Assembly: GCA_964016885.1 (NCBI GenBank)
Contig: OZ024742.1
Coordinates: forward strand, 333,002,001-333,066,000
From: Eledone cirrhosa
Lineage: Eukaryota
DNA: 64,000 nucleotides
Reading direction: 5' to 3'
Shown here: positions 48,931 to 62,994 of the stretch, piece after piece
Numbering within the stretch: position 1 is the first letter of the stretch
Layout: every line of letters begins with the position of its first letter
Made by a program: the position numbers and the translations under genes
Notes under the pieces: model-generated
What the model was told of the DNA's origin: nothing
Seen by the model: only the letters and a program-made list of their open reading frames with translations
Database searches by the model: none

Positions 48931-51548
48931 CGACTCCTTTCTCTCCTTCTTCTGCTCCTTCCAACCCTCCCTCCACTTCACTACCTCTATCTCCACCACC
49001 CACGTCCACTTCTTAGACATATCCGTCGCCTTCGACCCCTCCCACCACTCCCTCGTCACCTCCGCCTTCTTCAAACCCACCGACTCCCACTCTTACCTCG
49101 ACTTCACCTCTTCCAACCACACCCACACTAAACTCTCCATTCCCTACCCCCAACTTCTAGAGGATCCGCCGTGATGCTGACTTCGAGTCCCAGGCCCTTT
49201 CCCTAGTCAGCCATTTCATCCGTAGAGGTTACCTCCCTCTCTCGTCTACACCGCTCTCACCCGCGCCCGTGCTGTCCTCCGCTTCACCACCCTCACCCCA
49301 CCCCACCCCACACCCACCCACCTTCTCCCCTTCCCCATCACCTACCACCCCTCCACCTTACCCCTCCACCGCACCATCCGCCGCCTCTTCCGACGCCTCC
49401 AGTCCGACCCCTCCACCTCCCACATATTCCCAACCCCACCACTCCCTTCCTTCAAACGCGCACGCAATCTCCGCACCCTCCTCGTCCACAGCTCCCTACC
49501 CCCCAACCCACGCTCTGTCCCCCCCCCCCCCCGGTTCCTTTCCCTGTTCTAGGCCCCGCTGCAACACCTGTCCCCACATCACCAACACCACCACCTTCCA
49601 GGGTCCCAACGGCCACTCTCTCTCGGTCCGGCATGCCTTCCGCTGCACCTCCTCCAACCTAGTCTACGGACTTATGTCCTACAAACTGGACGTCGCCTGG
49701 CGGACCGAGTCACGGAGCACCTCCGGGATATTCGTCTCGGGGGCAGTTCCCCCATCACCCGCCACGTTGGTGGCGCTGGACACTCCGCACGCCATTTCAC
49801 AGTCTGTGGCCTACTCCATTGCCACGGAACACCCACCCATCGCCTTACGGTCGAACAACGAACTATCTTCATCTTACAGACCCACACTCCCCCCGGCCTG
49901 AACTCCCCACCCTTATTCCTTTAGCGTTCGACCGCCCCCTCTACCCACACTTATCCCCCACTAACACCACTAACACACCCCTCCTTTTCACCGCCCACCC
50001 CACACTAACAATACTAACACCTCCACTCCACCCGTCATCTGACCACCCTTCCCCAACTAACATACTAACATCCCTTCCCTCCCATCTTCTCCTCCTCCCC
50101 CCTCCTTATCACACGCACACACCCACCGGCACATATATACACGCGCTCACACTAAACACACACCCTACTACCACCACTAACCCTCACCCCTACACCTCTC
50201 ACCCCCACACCTCCATCCCACCACCCCGGAACTAACCTCCCTAACACCCCCTAACCCCAAGCACAAAACACACGCACCCACTTACACCACCCACCCCACA
50301 CGCAACTAACATCACTAACACCCCCCAACCCAACGCACACGTACCCACACACCCTCGTACACCATCAACTCTACACACCCTACCACCACTAACCCCCACT
50401 CATACCTGCATTCAACCCCTCCCCACTCCCGTATACTAACACCCACTAACACCTCTTCGTCAAACTACACACACACCAGTACACCACACTCCCTCCATAG
50501 AACCACACCCACCCTTCTCTCTCCTCGCTCCACCCACACCCTCGCTCCACACTCACTCATCCCACTAACACCCCTACTAATACACACACACTCACCCTCC
50601 TCACTCCAACTTTCACACCTACCCATCCTCGCCCCCTTACCATTCCACCGACTGCTGCTATGCCATCTAACCACCTCTCAGCACTAACAGACCACAGCAC
50701 TCCCACTGCTGACCACTTCCTGTTGCGCGCGCACCCCACATCTCTCCTCTTCCGACCACCGCTTCATGGATTACCCACACGCAGAATTTGACTTACAACC
50801 AATCCACTAAACATCCTTGGAACTTACCAACTTTTCAATCCTCCTCTTACGTAATCACCTATATAACTCACCCACACACACACACACCCCAACACTTTTT
50901 TTCTCCACACGCCACCCACACCCACAACACGCTTAAACCCCACACACACGTGCTTCCCACCACATATTTATACCCTCAGCCTCCTGATTCATCTCCCCCC
51001 ACCCCCCTATCCACACACGCACAGACACTCCGACCCACAAAAACACCCCCCACACACACCTCTTCCTGAACATGCAACCCCGTTCTTCCCCCAACCCTTA
51101 CTTTCACATACACACACACGCACACCTACACACACACACCGCCTTCAGCCCTCCCCGCTCGGACACCCCGTCTCCCTCTCCCCACTCCACCCGCCACCAC
51201 CCCTACTCACCCCACACCCTTCCACCACCTGTTTACCCCCCTTTTAATTTCAGTTTATTTTGATCATGCCTTTATTTTTAAATGTTCTCATTCCTTGTAT
51301 TTTGATCATGCTTTATTTTTATTTTTTATCTTTATTTGTTTTTTTTCATTCGCACCGTTTCCTTTCGCTATATGTCTCTCCACCACTCCCCTACACACCT
51401 TTTGAACTCTGTTCCCACACACTTCTCACCTGAGGAAGGGCTTATGCCCGAAACGTCGTCCCCCACCTACCCCCACTCTCCTGAGCGTGAAATTAATAAA
51501 CATTTATTTTACTGCCTCTCTGTTTTGTCCCTGTTCAAATTTTTCCAT
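48931..51548 (+). mobile_element. 5'-truncated Neptune-like PLE, C-rich, disrupted RT thumb + GIY-YIG (about 48931-49925)
   Basis: HFLDIS...[16 protein letters not shown]...KLSIPY; FPCSRPRCNTCPHI...FRCTSSNLVY; RRLADRVTEHLRDIR. Confidence 0.85.
51425..51462 (+). ncRNA. Minimal hammerhead ribozyme at the PLE 3' end
   Basis: CTGAGGA-a-gggc ttat gccc-GAAA-cgtc; helix I poor. Confidence 0.75.
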
Positions 51549-51550
51549 TA

Positions 51551-51582
<32 letters not shown>

Positions 51583-51589
51583 CATATAT

Positions 51590-51686
<97 letters not shown>

Positions 51687-52864
51687 ATATATATATATAT
51701 ATGATATATGTATATATATATATATACACATTGATTTCTGATCATTTCCCATTTGTCTACTCTAACATAGTTAAATAATAAATAATATCAATAGTTTATT
51801 TTCTTGTGGCAGGGGGGAATATAAGCAATAACAAAGACAAAAAGATGGTCCAAATAATATAAACAGTTATCAACGCCAAGGGAGATAATCACTTAAATGA
51901 ATGATTAAAAGAATTTGTGTTTGGGGATATCCAGAGTAGATGGCCTATGACGTGAGGTGTGTTGGGATTAAAATGAGTAAATGAAAGAAGATATTCTGAT
52001 AAAAATCCAACATATACAATAAGTGTGATTCGTTGTAGAATTCCATTAATAGATTTATGACAGATTTTCTCGATTAACCGTATAGCATGTTCATATATAA
52101 CCTTTATAACATTTAAGTGCTAGATTATCGTCGGTTTCGACGATGAGATTTTCACTACGTTTCCGATCCACGTACTGTCATTCAATCCTCGTCTAGTTTC
52201 GAACATAGTATTAATTCACATGCAAGTTAGATACTACATTTCAAGCAGAATCTAATGTCTCTATCACCAGAGATCTCAAAAACAATATTTAAAGCCCACT
52301 CAATCTGTCATACGTTCAACAGCACAAACACGGCCTAAGGTCTCGTATATTTGCTTTCATGTATCTAAATCTGAAAATCACTACAAAATTGAGGGTTCCC
52401 ATTCACTGGCAATACATCATGGTGGAAGTACAACTATAATATATCAAAAACAAGAGTCCACTGATTGCAGTATTCAAGGTTAATAGCACCCAATAGTTTG
52501 CTGGTTCTTTACAAAGTACACAAGGAACACAAATTGGAATGTTAGGTCAACACATGCAGCGTTTCTGTTGCTAGACATATACGAACATCCTAAACGCCAT
52601 CAAAAATTAAACAATTCCATTTATTGCATTTGTATCACTCGCCCCAACACCTTAAAGTCTGGCCCACATACTCTCCCTTTCAGAGTTACAGTTAGATAGT
52701 TACATAACATGAAGTATACCTCATACGTTACACCTGTCTGTGTTTCTCATCACATGTCCACATTTACCAGTCACCACCGTAAACAGTCATTCACTTTGCG
52801 CTGTCTTGAAGCTATTCAACGGAGCTGCATTATATATTCCCCAGTACTTCATTGGTTCTTTATA

Positions 52865-52990
52865 TTATAAGCTTCGGAGGAATGAAAACGAAAGTTGACC
52901 TCAGCGAATTTTGAAAGCAGGACGTAAAGAGCCGTACGTGAATACTGCAAAGTATATACTTTGACGTTGCAAAGATTCTGGCAACCAACC
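52865..52990 (-). mobile_element. Degenerate SINE
   Basis: gaatgaaaacgaaagttgacctcagcgaattttgaa resembles 11613-11650. Confidence 0.5.
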
Positions 52991-53145
52991 AAAAAGAAGA
53001 AGAAAAAGAAGAAGAAGAAGAGAACGATACCATCAGCAGATTGTTGTTTGACATTCCAATGTTTTTGTTCCTTTTTCTCAGACTAGTCTTCAGCCCTATA
53101 TACATGTGTATATACATGTGTATACACATGTGTATAATACACACG

Positions 53146-53252
<107 letters not shown>

Positions 53253-53524
53253 TTGTGTTCTGGTATCTATGTGTTTGTGTTTGCGTGTGTCTATCAGTAT
53301 ATTAAAAATGACTAATATATGGCACAAATCATTTACCAAGTAACGCTTACACATTGAATCTAATTCCCAGGCGATTCTAAGTGACTCTTCAATATAAAAA
53401 AATTATATGAAAGAACTTTACTCACGGTAACAGTGACTAAAAAAATGGTCATTTTGATTAGGCAGTAGCAATGGTTTGTGTACAAATATTGATAGCGTAT
53501 GCACACACATACACGCACACACAC

Positions 53525-53656
<132 letters not shown>

Positions 53657-53736
53657 ATATATATACACATATATATACATATGAAGAAATAAATGGCTTT
53701 ATGTCCAGTCTATAGCAATAATTCATTGCGCTATAT

Positions 53737-53820
<84 letters not shown>

Positions 53821-53823
53821 ATA

Positions 53824-53986
<163 letters not shown>

Positions 53987-54017
53987 TTATATATATATAT
54001 ATATACATATACATATT

Positions 54018-54052
<35 letters not shown>

Positions 54053-54073
54053 GTGTGTATATATATTTGTATA

Positions 54074-54149
<76 letters not shown>

Positions 54150-54524
54150 CATTTTACGTGCTTATGTACGTGTGACTGTGCGTTTTTTATAACACCTTAC
54201 GATATGGTGTCAGGTCTTAGAATCATTGATCAATATTCTACCAAATAATTTATCATTGATGCTTAAACATTTGTATAACGTGTTGTATAAACAGTCTGAC
54301 TAAGAAAATATACATGCTTCTAATCACCCCGATTCAGAATGTTTTATCTATAGAATCTATATTAGTCATTTAGTGTCTATAGTTTACGTATTTCTTCATC
54401 TTTGTTAATTCAATATTTAGCCATTTCAAATGTGACACCTGGCAAAATTGGTAGAGCATATGATAACATATATTGTTGCATTCAGTTCCGTCTATCTTTT
54501 CTCCGAGTTCAGATCTGCTCCGTG

Positions 54525-54700
54525 TTGGCATTGGCAGTATCGTTAGAGAGTCCGACGCCACGCTTTCCAGCACAGAGATACGTCCCTTTACGGATTGAGT
54601 TCAAATCCTGCCGAGGTTAACTTTGCCTTACGGGGTCGATAAAATAAAGTACTAGTAATGTACTGGGTTATTGTTAGCCTTGTGTCAAAAGTAGAAACAA
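54525..54700 (+). mobile_element. tRNA-derived SINE
   Basis: ttggcagtatcgttag...gagttcaaatcctgccgaggttaactttgcc...ggggtcgataaaataaagtact. Confidence 0.8.
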
Positions 54701-55910
54701 TTAAATTTCTTTTTGCTGTTATCTATATTAAAACTATTATTGTCAACAACAGTGTATATGATTCCTCATATAAAAAGGTTTACACATAATAGACACATCA
54801 AATGTCACTGTATTTTAACTCTAACTATATCACTGCCACCTCAGGATAAAGATAAAAGAAGCTGATACCATACATTGATCTCGCAACCAACCAACCATCG
54901 CTCAAATCGACACAGATTTAAATATTCACAGATTTACTAGACGCATGTTTAGTGTCCGAAAACATTTTGTATATAATTTCATATATATTTTTGTTCTTAA
55001 TCACGCTATGGTGATGCTATCACTAAGTAGAAGTATTAGTTGATATATCAGGTAGTTATAAGCTAAGCAGTAGTCTCATGCAGGTATCTCATGCTGATAT
55101 CGATTAATCAAGCCTATATTTTCCTTAAAATCATATATTCTGTGCTTAATTATAAATCATTATTTAGCTCTAAGAGGGCCGGTTTGTAAAAGTCTGAGTT
55201 GGTTTTATAAAAGCTTGCAAGTGCCATCAAAATTGAAAAGCTTACAGAGGAGACTCTGTGCATTCATTCGAGCTTGCAGTCAATTTTCTGTTATATCACA
55301 CCTTAATGTCTTCAAGGAAAAAATGCAGGTTAGATATTGTAATTCTAGATATTCAGGCTAGAAATTCATTTGTTTCTAGGTTTTCTAAATAAGGCTTACC
55401 AAGAGTGAATGCAATATAACTACAACTCATATAAATATAATACACTTCTCGACAGAAAAAATTGTGTTATATTGAAGTAATTTAAAGGGCCAGGCTTGTA
55501 AGATTGTATAACACTGAATCTCCTCGAAAATTGCGTTAAGTGTAAACGTGGCTGTAGAATACTTAATTTCATTAACAGTCATTTTCATTGATATAACGAC
55601 TGGAACACTGTGTCAAAACTGACAACGGATCCAACATCATCTAACGTCAGAAATCAATTCGCACTAAAATCAATAAAATTAAAAATTCTATAGACTATAA
55701 ACTTAGAAATATTGTCTCTGCCATAGGAAGTACATCGCTCCTTCATTATATTTTCATATAATTCAGTAGCTGATTGCATCACTGTATCCGGTTGATGTCC
55801 TAAGAGAGAGGACATGTAATTAGGCTGTGAATCACCAGCCAAGATTAACTGAAATGTTTAAAACAGACTGGCTTGCGCAGGTTTACACTACTTCTAATAT
55901 TATACCTTGG

Positions 55911-55938
<28 letters not shown>

Positions 55939-55942
<4 letters not shown>

Positions 55943-56073
55943 CCGAAACGTTAAAACTAATTTTAATATATAAGCGTGTGACTAATAAATATCTTCATTG
56001 ATCCTATTGTTCTGCTCTGTTTTTTCGTATACTTTTCACACACACAATCACACGGTCATACACACACACACAT

Positions 56074-56166
<93 letters not shown>

Positions 56167-56325
56167 TGTGTGTATGTGTGTGTGTGTATGTATGTGTGTG
56201 TGTGTATGACCGTGTGAGTGTGTGTGTGAAAAGTATACGAAAAAACAGAGCAGAACAATAGGATCAATGAAGATATTTATTAGTCACACGCTTATATATT
56301 AAAATTAGTTTTAACGTTTCGGACG
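55939..56325. repeat. Convergent inverted duplication of a PLE 3' end around a (CA)(TA)(TG) core
   Basis: gtccgaaacgttaaaac...cacggtcata (55941-56060) is mirrored at 56204-56324. Confidence 0.9.
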
Positions 56326-56950
56326 TTAGTACTTCCTCAGAATATAGATTGAGAAATTATAATATAATTAGAAAGGTGGGGGTAAGTGAGCAGGAGCAGA
56401 AACCAAAACAATTTTATCGATAAAAAGCGTGATAGATCACTTCGCCACCCCGTTTTATGTATAGGATGTAAATATATATTAAATATACTTTAAAGAAATT
56501 CTGTAAGGGTATTGAGCATATTAGGGAAACTCAACCCAGGCTGAAAAGTTAATCTCCGCTTAGCTCTGATGTGCGAGGTCAGTAATCCGTGGTGTAGAAG
56601 AACAACAAGGACATGTAGAGTGGAGTGATTGGGGAACGAAATTGACGAGCGAATCTCTCCACGAGACTGCGGTCGCTTTATCCTATGTATAAGAACCCAC
56701 AAAAAGAAAAACGAAAGGTATAGAAAACGTTGGTGGTGGTGCAAGAAAACCAAACAGAACTTTCGTGAAATTAACATGAACATGACTGAGCATTCCATAA
56801 ACAAGGATTGCCATATCACGGAGATTCAGCAAGGTACAAGATGATACTCTTAAAAGTTCTGCCTTCTGAATTGATTGAAGCAACGTTAAATAAGGACGTT
56901 AAATGAAGGACCCAACGTGCCATACGCCCCGGGAATCGAACTTCCGACGT
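56204..56950 (-). pseudogene. Decayed Neptune-like PLE 3' end (EN C-terminus, HHR-like 56308-56345)
   Basis: FPNHSTLHVLV...RRLTFQPGLSFPNMLN; minus strand CTGAGGA-agtactaacgtcc-GAAA-cgtt. Confidence 0.6.
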
Positions 56951-57400
56951 CACGATTGTGAGCCCAGCACACTACCGACTAAACCATGCACGTTAAAAAA
57001 AATATATATAGACACATATATGTGTGTGAGTTTGTGTGTGTGTAATACACACAAAACACACATATATATATACATTGTGTGTGTGTGTATGTGTGTGTTT
57101 GTAATACACATATAAATGTACATATATATGCACATATGCGTTGATATAATACACACACCCACATATATTTATATATCTATAATGCTAAGTATATTCACAT
57201 CAATCAATTCGCCAGTCGATTCATAGATATTTACATAATATAAATACATACACATATACAAACATCCGTACACACAAGCATATACATTTACATACGCACA
57301 CATATATATAAATAAATAGATACATATTTACACACACACATACATATATAAATACATACACTCATGATACATACATACATATATATATATATGTGTGTAC

Positions 57401-57478
<78 letters not shown>

Positions 57479-58302
57479 GTACATACTTATGTATACCATG
57501 TTATAATATATATCGTACATTTTTTCGAGACAAACAAATTATCTGACATGCATGGTAGAACTAAATTCACCGAAAGGGTCAGAGTTCAAAGCTGCCGAGG
57601 AGTTTCACTGAATCGAAGAATTCAAGACAACTTTAAGTGTGTCTACAGACCAAGAAATCTATAGAAATGCCTTCTGATTTACATTCTTGTGTCTATTGTT
57701 TGGATTTCCTATTTTAGTAGTGTTGGATTTAGTAAAATCACTATCTGACACTTGAATGAAATACACTTTTGTATTTCATGCTCTGTTACCACTACTATGA
57801 CTGTTGCATACATTCACAACCGGCACTACCATTAACTTTAACTTGGCAGATTCCTAGCACGCTGACCTCAGAGACTTGTATAAACTTTTCTATAATTAAG
57901 TTAAAGATATAATAATTTCCTGCGCTCATTACATTAATCACTAAACATGTTTGCCGCGTAACATCGTCGTGGATAAATCCAGAAGGCTGGAGAAGGTGGA
58001 CATGACATAGGATTTGGCATAGTTGAGCGTCGGCTACGTATTTAAAAATGCTAGCTTTACAATGTTCTTAGTGCGGTCAGTGCAAAAAATGTCAAATCTA
58101 GGTGCAACAGCTTGCAAAACTGTAAGTTGAAATAATTTCATTTTCGGGGCGCACAACTGGGAGAAATGACTATAATTGCTGGGCACTAAATACCCAGAAA
58201 CCAGTCCTGATTTCAAGCAGTGTCTCACACATGAAAACACAGCAAAAATCAGATAGTAACAGTAAAAGTGAGAAAGCAAAAAAATAATGGTTTCTTATAT
58301 AG

Positions 58303-58495
58303 TCACAATGCCAGCATCTTTGTGGGAGGGGGAATCGATTAAATCAACCCCAGTACATTATTGGTACTTTATTTTATCTACCCCATAAGGATGAAAGGCA
58401 TAGTTAACCTCGGCGGGATTTGAACTCAGAATGGCAAGGGCCGTAACTCTATACGTCAAAGCATGGCGTCCGACCCTCTAACGATACTGCCAATC
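58303..58495 (-). mobile_element. tRNA-derived SINE
   Basis: Near-identical to 11600-11716. Confidence 0.85.
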
Positions 58496-58584
58496 GACTG
58501 CCAATCGATACATCGGTATCTATGTGGTTGTGGGTGTGCGTGTTTATGTGTGTGTGTGTGTGAGTGCGTGCGTGGATGTGTGGA

Positions 58585-58905
58585 CTACCAAACACAGCAG
58601 TAATTCATTGAGGTGTGGCAGACATGGACATCGGAATAATTCCTGTGGTCAGAATTTATGATGACGTAGGCAACCAGCGGCCAATCACTGGACGCGCGAA
58701 GAGGATTAAGTTTTTGACAGTATTGGCCCACAGTGTCAGATACCCCAGTGGAAGAATATGGTCCGAAATCATTAGACGTGTCCGTCGAATGTGCGGGTCC
58801 AGAATCAGACAGATCCACACAATGATCGCGTCTCGAGATGTCCGCCGGCGAAACAATTGTAACACACAATAAATTGAGTTCAGGTGCATCACTGATTTTT
58901 CGTTT

Positions 58906-58908
<3 letters not shown>
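58585..58908 (+). mobile_element. Family I-related pseudo-LTR with degenerate HHR (58778-58865)
   Basis: gtgt-CCGTCGA...gatcgcgtctcgag...GAAA-caattgta-acac, then aataaa; resembles 2848-2946. Confidence 0.55.
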
Positions 58909-58986
<78 letters not shown>

Positions 58987-59789
58987 CATATATATAGCGC
59001 AATGAAGTATTGCTATACACTGGACATAAAGTCTACCGACACTGCCAATCCAACGCTCTAAACAGAAGAAATGATATTAAAAGAAACTGAATAATATAGA
59101 CATTGTAATAAAGAAGCTGGGTAGCGGTGGGTTTTTTAAAACCTCTGAATGAATGATTTGCGGCATACGTTTCTACGCTCCGAGTTGAAATGCCAGCGTG
59201 GTCAAGGTTGCCTATCTCTCTCTCTCTCTCTCTCTTCCTCTCTCTCTTCCTCTCTCTCTTCCTCTCTCTCTTCCTCCCTCTCTCTTCCTCTCTCTCTTCC
59301 TCCCTCTCTCTTCCTCTCTCTCTTCCTCTCTCTCTCTGAAAATAAACGGCTGTACTCATACCAGGAGAGCAATGTGTTCTACCAGGTTTAAATTCTCACA
59401 TATACAATAATTGGATCAAGGAATATAATGATTAGATAAAGTTATTGTACTATTCATGGGTGACTGCGTGGGTAAGAAGGTTAGAAATATCAAAAACCTA
59501 TTTGAAAATAAGTTACATCTGACGCCTATGCGGGTTTAGCCTCCTTCGACGTATTTTAATGATATAAGCTTCATTCCTAATACGAAAGCAATGTTAATTG
59601 AATCGTTTTCTCAAAATCAAAACGCGTCTGCCGGTCCAAGAATCAAAATGATGACATTATGAATGTCAGTCCATCACCTTAAACGAAACCCATTTGATTT
59701 CACTTGGAATAATCGTGCCCTCAGAAGTGCAACAATAATATTGAGCGTGTGTCCCGTTTTTTTTAATTATATAAATACCTGTATGTAAG

Positions 59790-59912
59790 TGAGGTGACGA
59801 ATAGGCTGAATGTTTAGAACACTGAAGAGAATCTATTCCTGTATTCGTTGCTATTCTCTACGATTTGAGTTCAAATACAGTAAGCTCAACTTTGCCTATC
59901 CTCCGTTTGAAG
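59790..59912 (+). mobile_element. Degenerate SINE
   Basis: tgagttcaaatacag...caactttgcctatcc. Confidence 0.5.
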
Positions 59913-59921
59913 TAGCTTCTT

Positions 59922-59962
<41 letters not shown>

Positions 59963-60436
59963 CACACACTCTCTCTCCTCCTCCTCTCTCTCACTCTCTC
60001 CCGTCCCTCTCTCTCTCAGTTGTAAAGAGTCGACAATGCACAAACCTAGAAAGGAACAGGCCTGCCACATTTAAACTCAAAAGATAAGTTGTATATCATG
60101 AGGGTGCTACAACTACTCCATTAGGATATAAGATTTCATGATATCGCATGTATGCGTGATTGTCTATATAACAGTGGAAATAAATGTCCCAGCACAGCAT
60201 GGTGTTGTTTCTATATCCACTTGGTATTGATATAATGTGTATATGTGTATATGTGTAAGCGTTTGTGTTAGTGAGAAAATGCGTATCGAATCAATTTGCA
60301 TGTTTGCATGCTGGATGTCAAAACGAATGATATATTTACGGCATACAATATATTGACGCATGTGTTTATGAATCCGTTTATCTGTGTGAGTAAATACGTA
60401 CTAATACGTTGACATAGGTGGCTTCTTGTAAGTATG

Positions 60437-60483
<47 letters not shown>

Positions 60484-60485
<2 letters not shown>

Positions 60486-60570
60486 ATGGTTGCTTATTTA
60501 TTGTCAAAGCTCATTCCTCATATATTCTGTAACCTCAGTGATTAATTGACAATAAATAAATAACCATCCA
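60484..60570. repeat. Small palindromic island between TA tracts
   Basis: ggatggttgcttattttattgtcaa / ttgacaataaataaataaccatcc. Confidence 0.6.
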
Positions 60571-60593
60571 ATTATTAAACCAACCAAACAGAA

Positions 60594-60717
<124 letters not shown>

Positions 60718-60964
60718 CCTTATCGAGCTCTCTTCGAGTTTTAGTCTTCACATTTATTATTATTACTATTTATATATATATATATATATTATTATTACTA
60801 AGTAGAAACGAAATCATAAATTGAAAGTGGTAAATTTCTCTCCTAGCCTTGGCAATGTTGTTTTTCTTGAATACCGGCAGTTGCCCATGTATCCCGTCTT
60901 TCCTTTTCATTTCACATCTATGCAGTTTTAGCTGGTGTTTTAATGAAAGGGGTACTAGTCCTTC

Positions 60965-61045
60965 CGTGAAAATCAATATCGTGAGAATCGAACTGACGAC
61001 CTGATGCTCATGAGACCAGAACACTAACTACTAATACTGGTGCTT
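60965..61045 (-). mobile_element. tRNA-derived SINE head or tRNA pseudogene
   Basis: Minus strand tagtagttagtg (A-box-like)...caggtcgtcagttcgattctc (B-box-like). Confidence 0.5.
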
Positions 61046-61644
61046 TCAAATGATATGTGAATGTATTAGATAAACATAAGATAAACATCTCAACTGAGCA
61101 GAGCAAAAAAAAAAAAAAGAATTGAAATTGTACTTTTAAACATTCGGATCAAATGTCACTAAATTTAAGACGCGTGCACACACAAATGCACACATACAGA
61201 CATACAACTATATAGGCTTATAAAAAGAACAGATATACGTACAGCCTGACGCCGATATATGTACATGTTTTGTTTCTTTATGGGTGAATATATGCATCTA
61301 TGTTCACAAATATGCATAGATAGACGGATAAATATTCAGGAGTATGCATGGGTGTATATGTGGCTCTGAATAGGCATCTATGTATGCACATATGTATTCG
61401 TATATGGAATGTGTGAATAGATATACGAATATAGATACATGTGTGTGAGTGAATATGAATGCGTGTATGTGTGTATATGTGTATATATATAAGTTTAAGA
61501 TCATAAATAAACAGGTATACAGATAAATAATGCAAAATCAAGATTAAATACACACACACAAACATATACATATATATAAATGTGAATATATATATAAATA
61601 TGAATATATGTATATATATATAAATATATATATATATATTTAAA

Positions 61645-61712
<68 letters not shown>

Positions 61713-61762
61713 TATAAATATACATATACGTGTATATATATATTATACAAATAGATACAGAC

Positions 61763-61828
<66 letters not shown>

Positions 61829-62268
61829 GAGTGTGTATGATTGTGTATGCGTGTGTGTGTGTGTGTGTGTGTTTATTTGCGTGTGAGTGTGTATGTGCCA
61901 AGGAAAATAAACACAAAAATCCAATACAAGAAATGATACAAAAAAATCATTACAAAAATCATAAATGAAAAATCTGAATTCTTTTATTAGCAGACGGTTT
62001 ACTTAACTGTTACAGGAAACATCTCTCTTGAAATGGTAATAGAACAGGCATGTAACAAGACTCATCAGGCTGGACTACAGGAAATTACTGTGATCAACAG
62101 AAATACTAGCAGATAGAATGATGATCCAATTTAAAGAAAGAGGAAATTGCCAAGAATTTCAACCAAACAAGCTACTTATTGGTTATACAGTGATTTTCAA
62201 GTTTAGCTTTGCAATGGATGAACGTAAGTGTGTATGGTTGTATACATACACACACACATATATGTATT

Positions 62269-62370
<102 letters not shown>

Positions 62371-62383
62371 CATATATATATAC

Positions 62384-62469
<86 letters not shown>

Positions 62470-62768
62470 TATGTATATATTAATGTAAATGAGGTTTAAA
62501 AGAGTGCTCGATACTAGGGCTAGTAGTGTGTGTCTATAATATACACATACATACACTCATGCAGGCACACACACACGCACACAAACACATATATATGTAT
62601 GTATGTGTGTGTGTATGTAAGTATGTATATATGAATGTTTGCATTCACTTTTATACATGGATATATTTATGTTTATGTGTGTTTATAAAAATTTCCTTCA
62701 CGTGAATATTTATTTACTTTCACATATACATACAAACATATATACAAACATTCCAAGCACATATCTTC

Positions 62769-62857
<89 letters not shown>

Positions 62858-62860
62858 GTG

Positions 62861-62940
62861 TGTAGATAAACGATCGTAAAATGATGAATCTTTGGATATA
62901 AGGAACTTGTTCTTTTTTTTTATTTCATTGTTTTTATTAA

Positions 62941-62944
<4 letters not shown>
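62861..62944 (+). mobile_element. N1-related micro-insertion (about 80 bp)
   Basis: tgtagataaa (N1 tail end) fused to aaacgatcgtaaaatgatgaa...atataaggaac (HHR 3' half and pLTR end; compare 47797-47870). Confidence 0.65.

Positions 62945-62994
<50 letters not shown>

Noticed and set aside
49269-51263. Pro/Thr/His-rich ORFs resembling extensin or mucin
   Set aside because: Off-frame or UTR translations of the C-rich PLE
55171-55505. Two similar words agggcc...ttgtaa about 310 bp apart
   Set aside because: Match too short; could be chance
60965-61045. Functional tRNA gene
   Set aside because: No convincing acceptor stem; better explained as a SINE head or pseudogene
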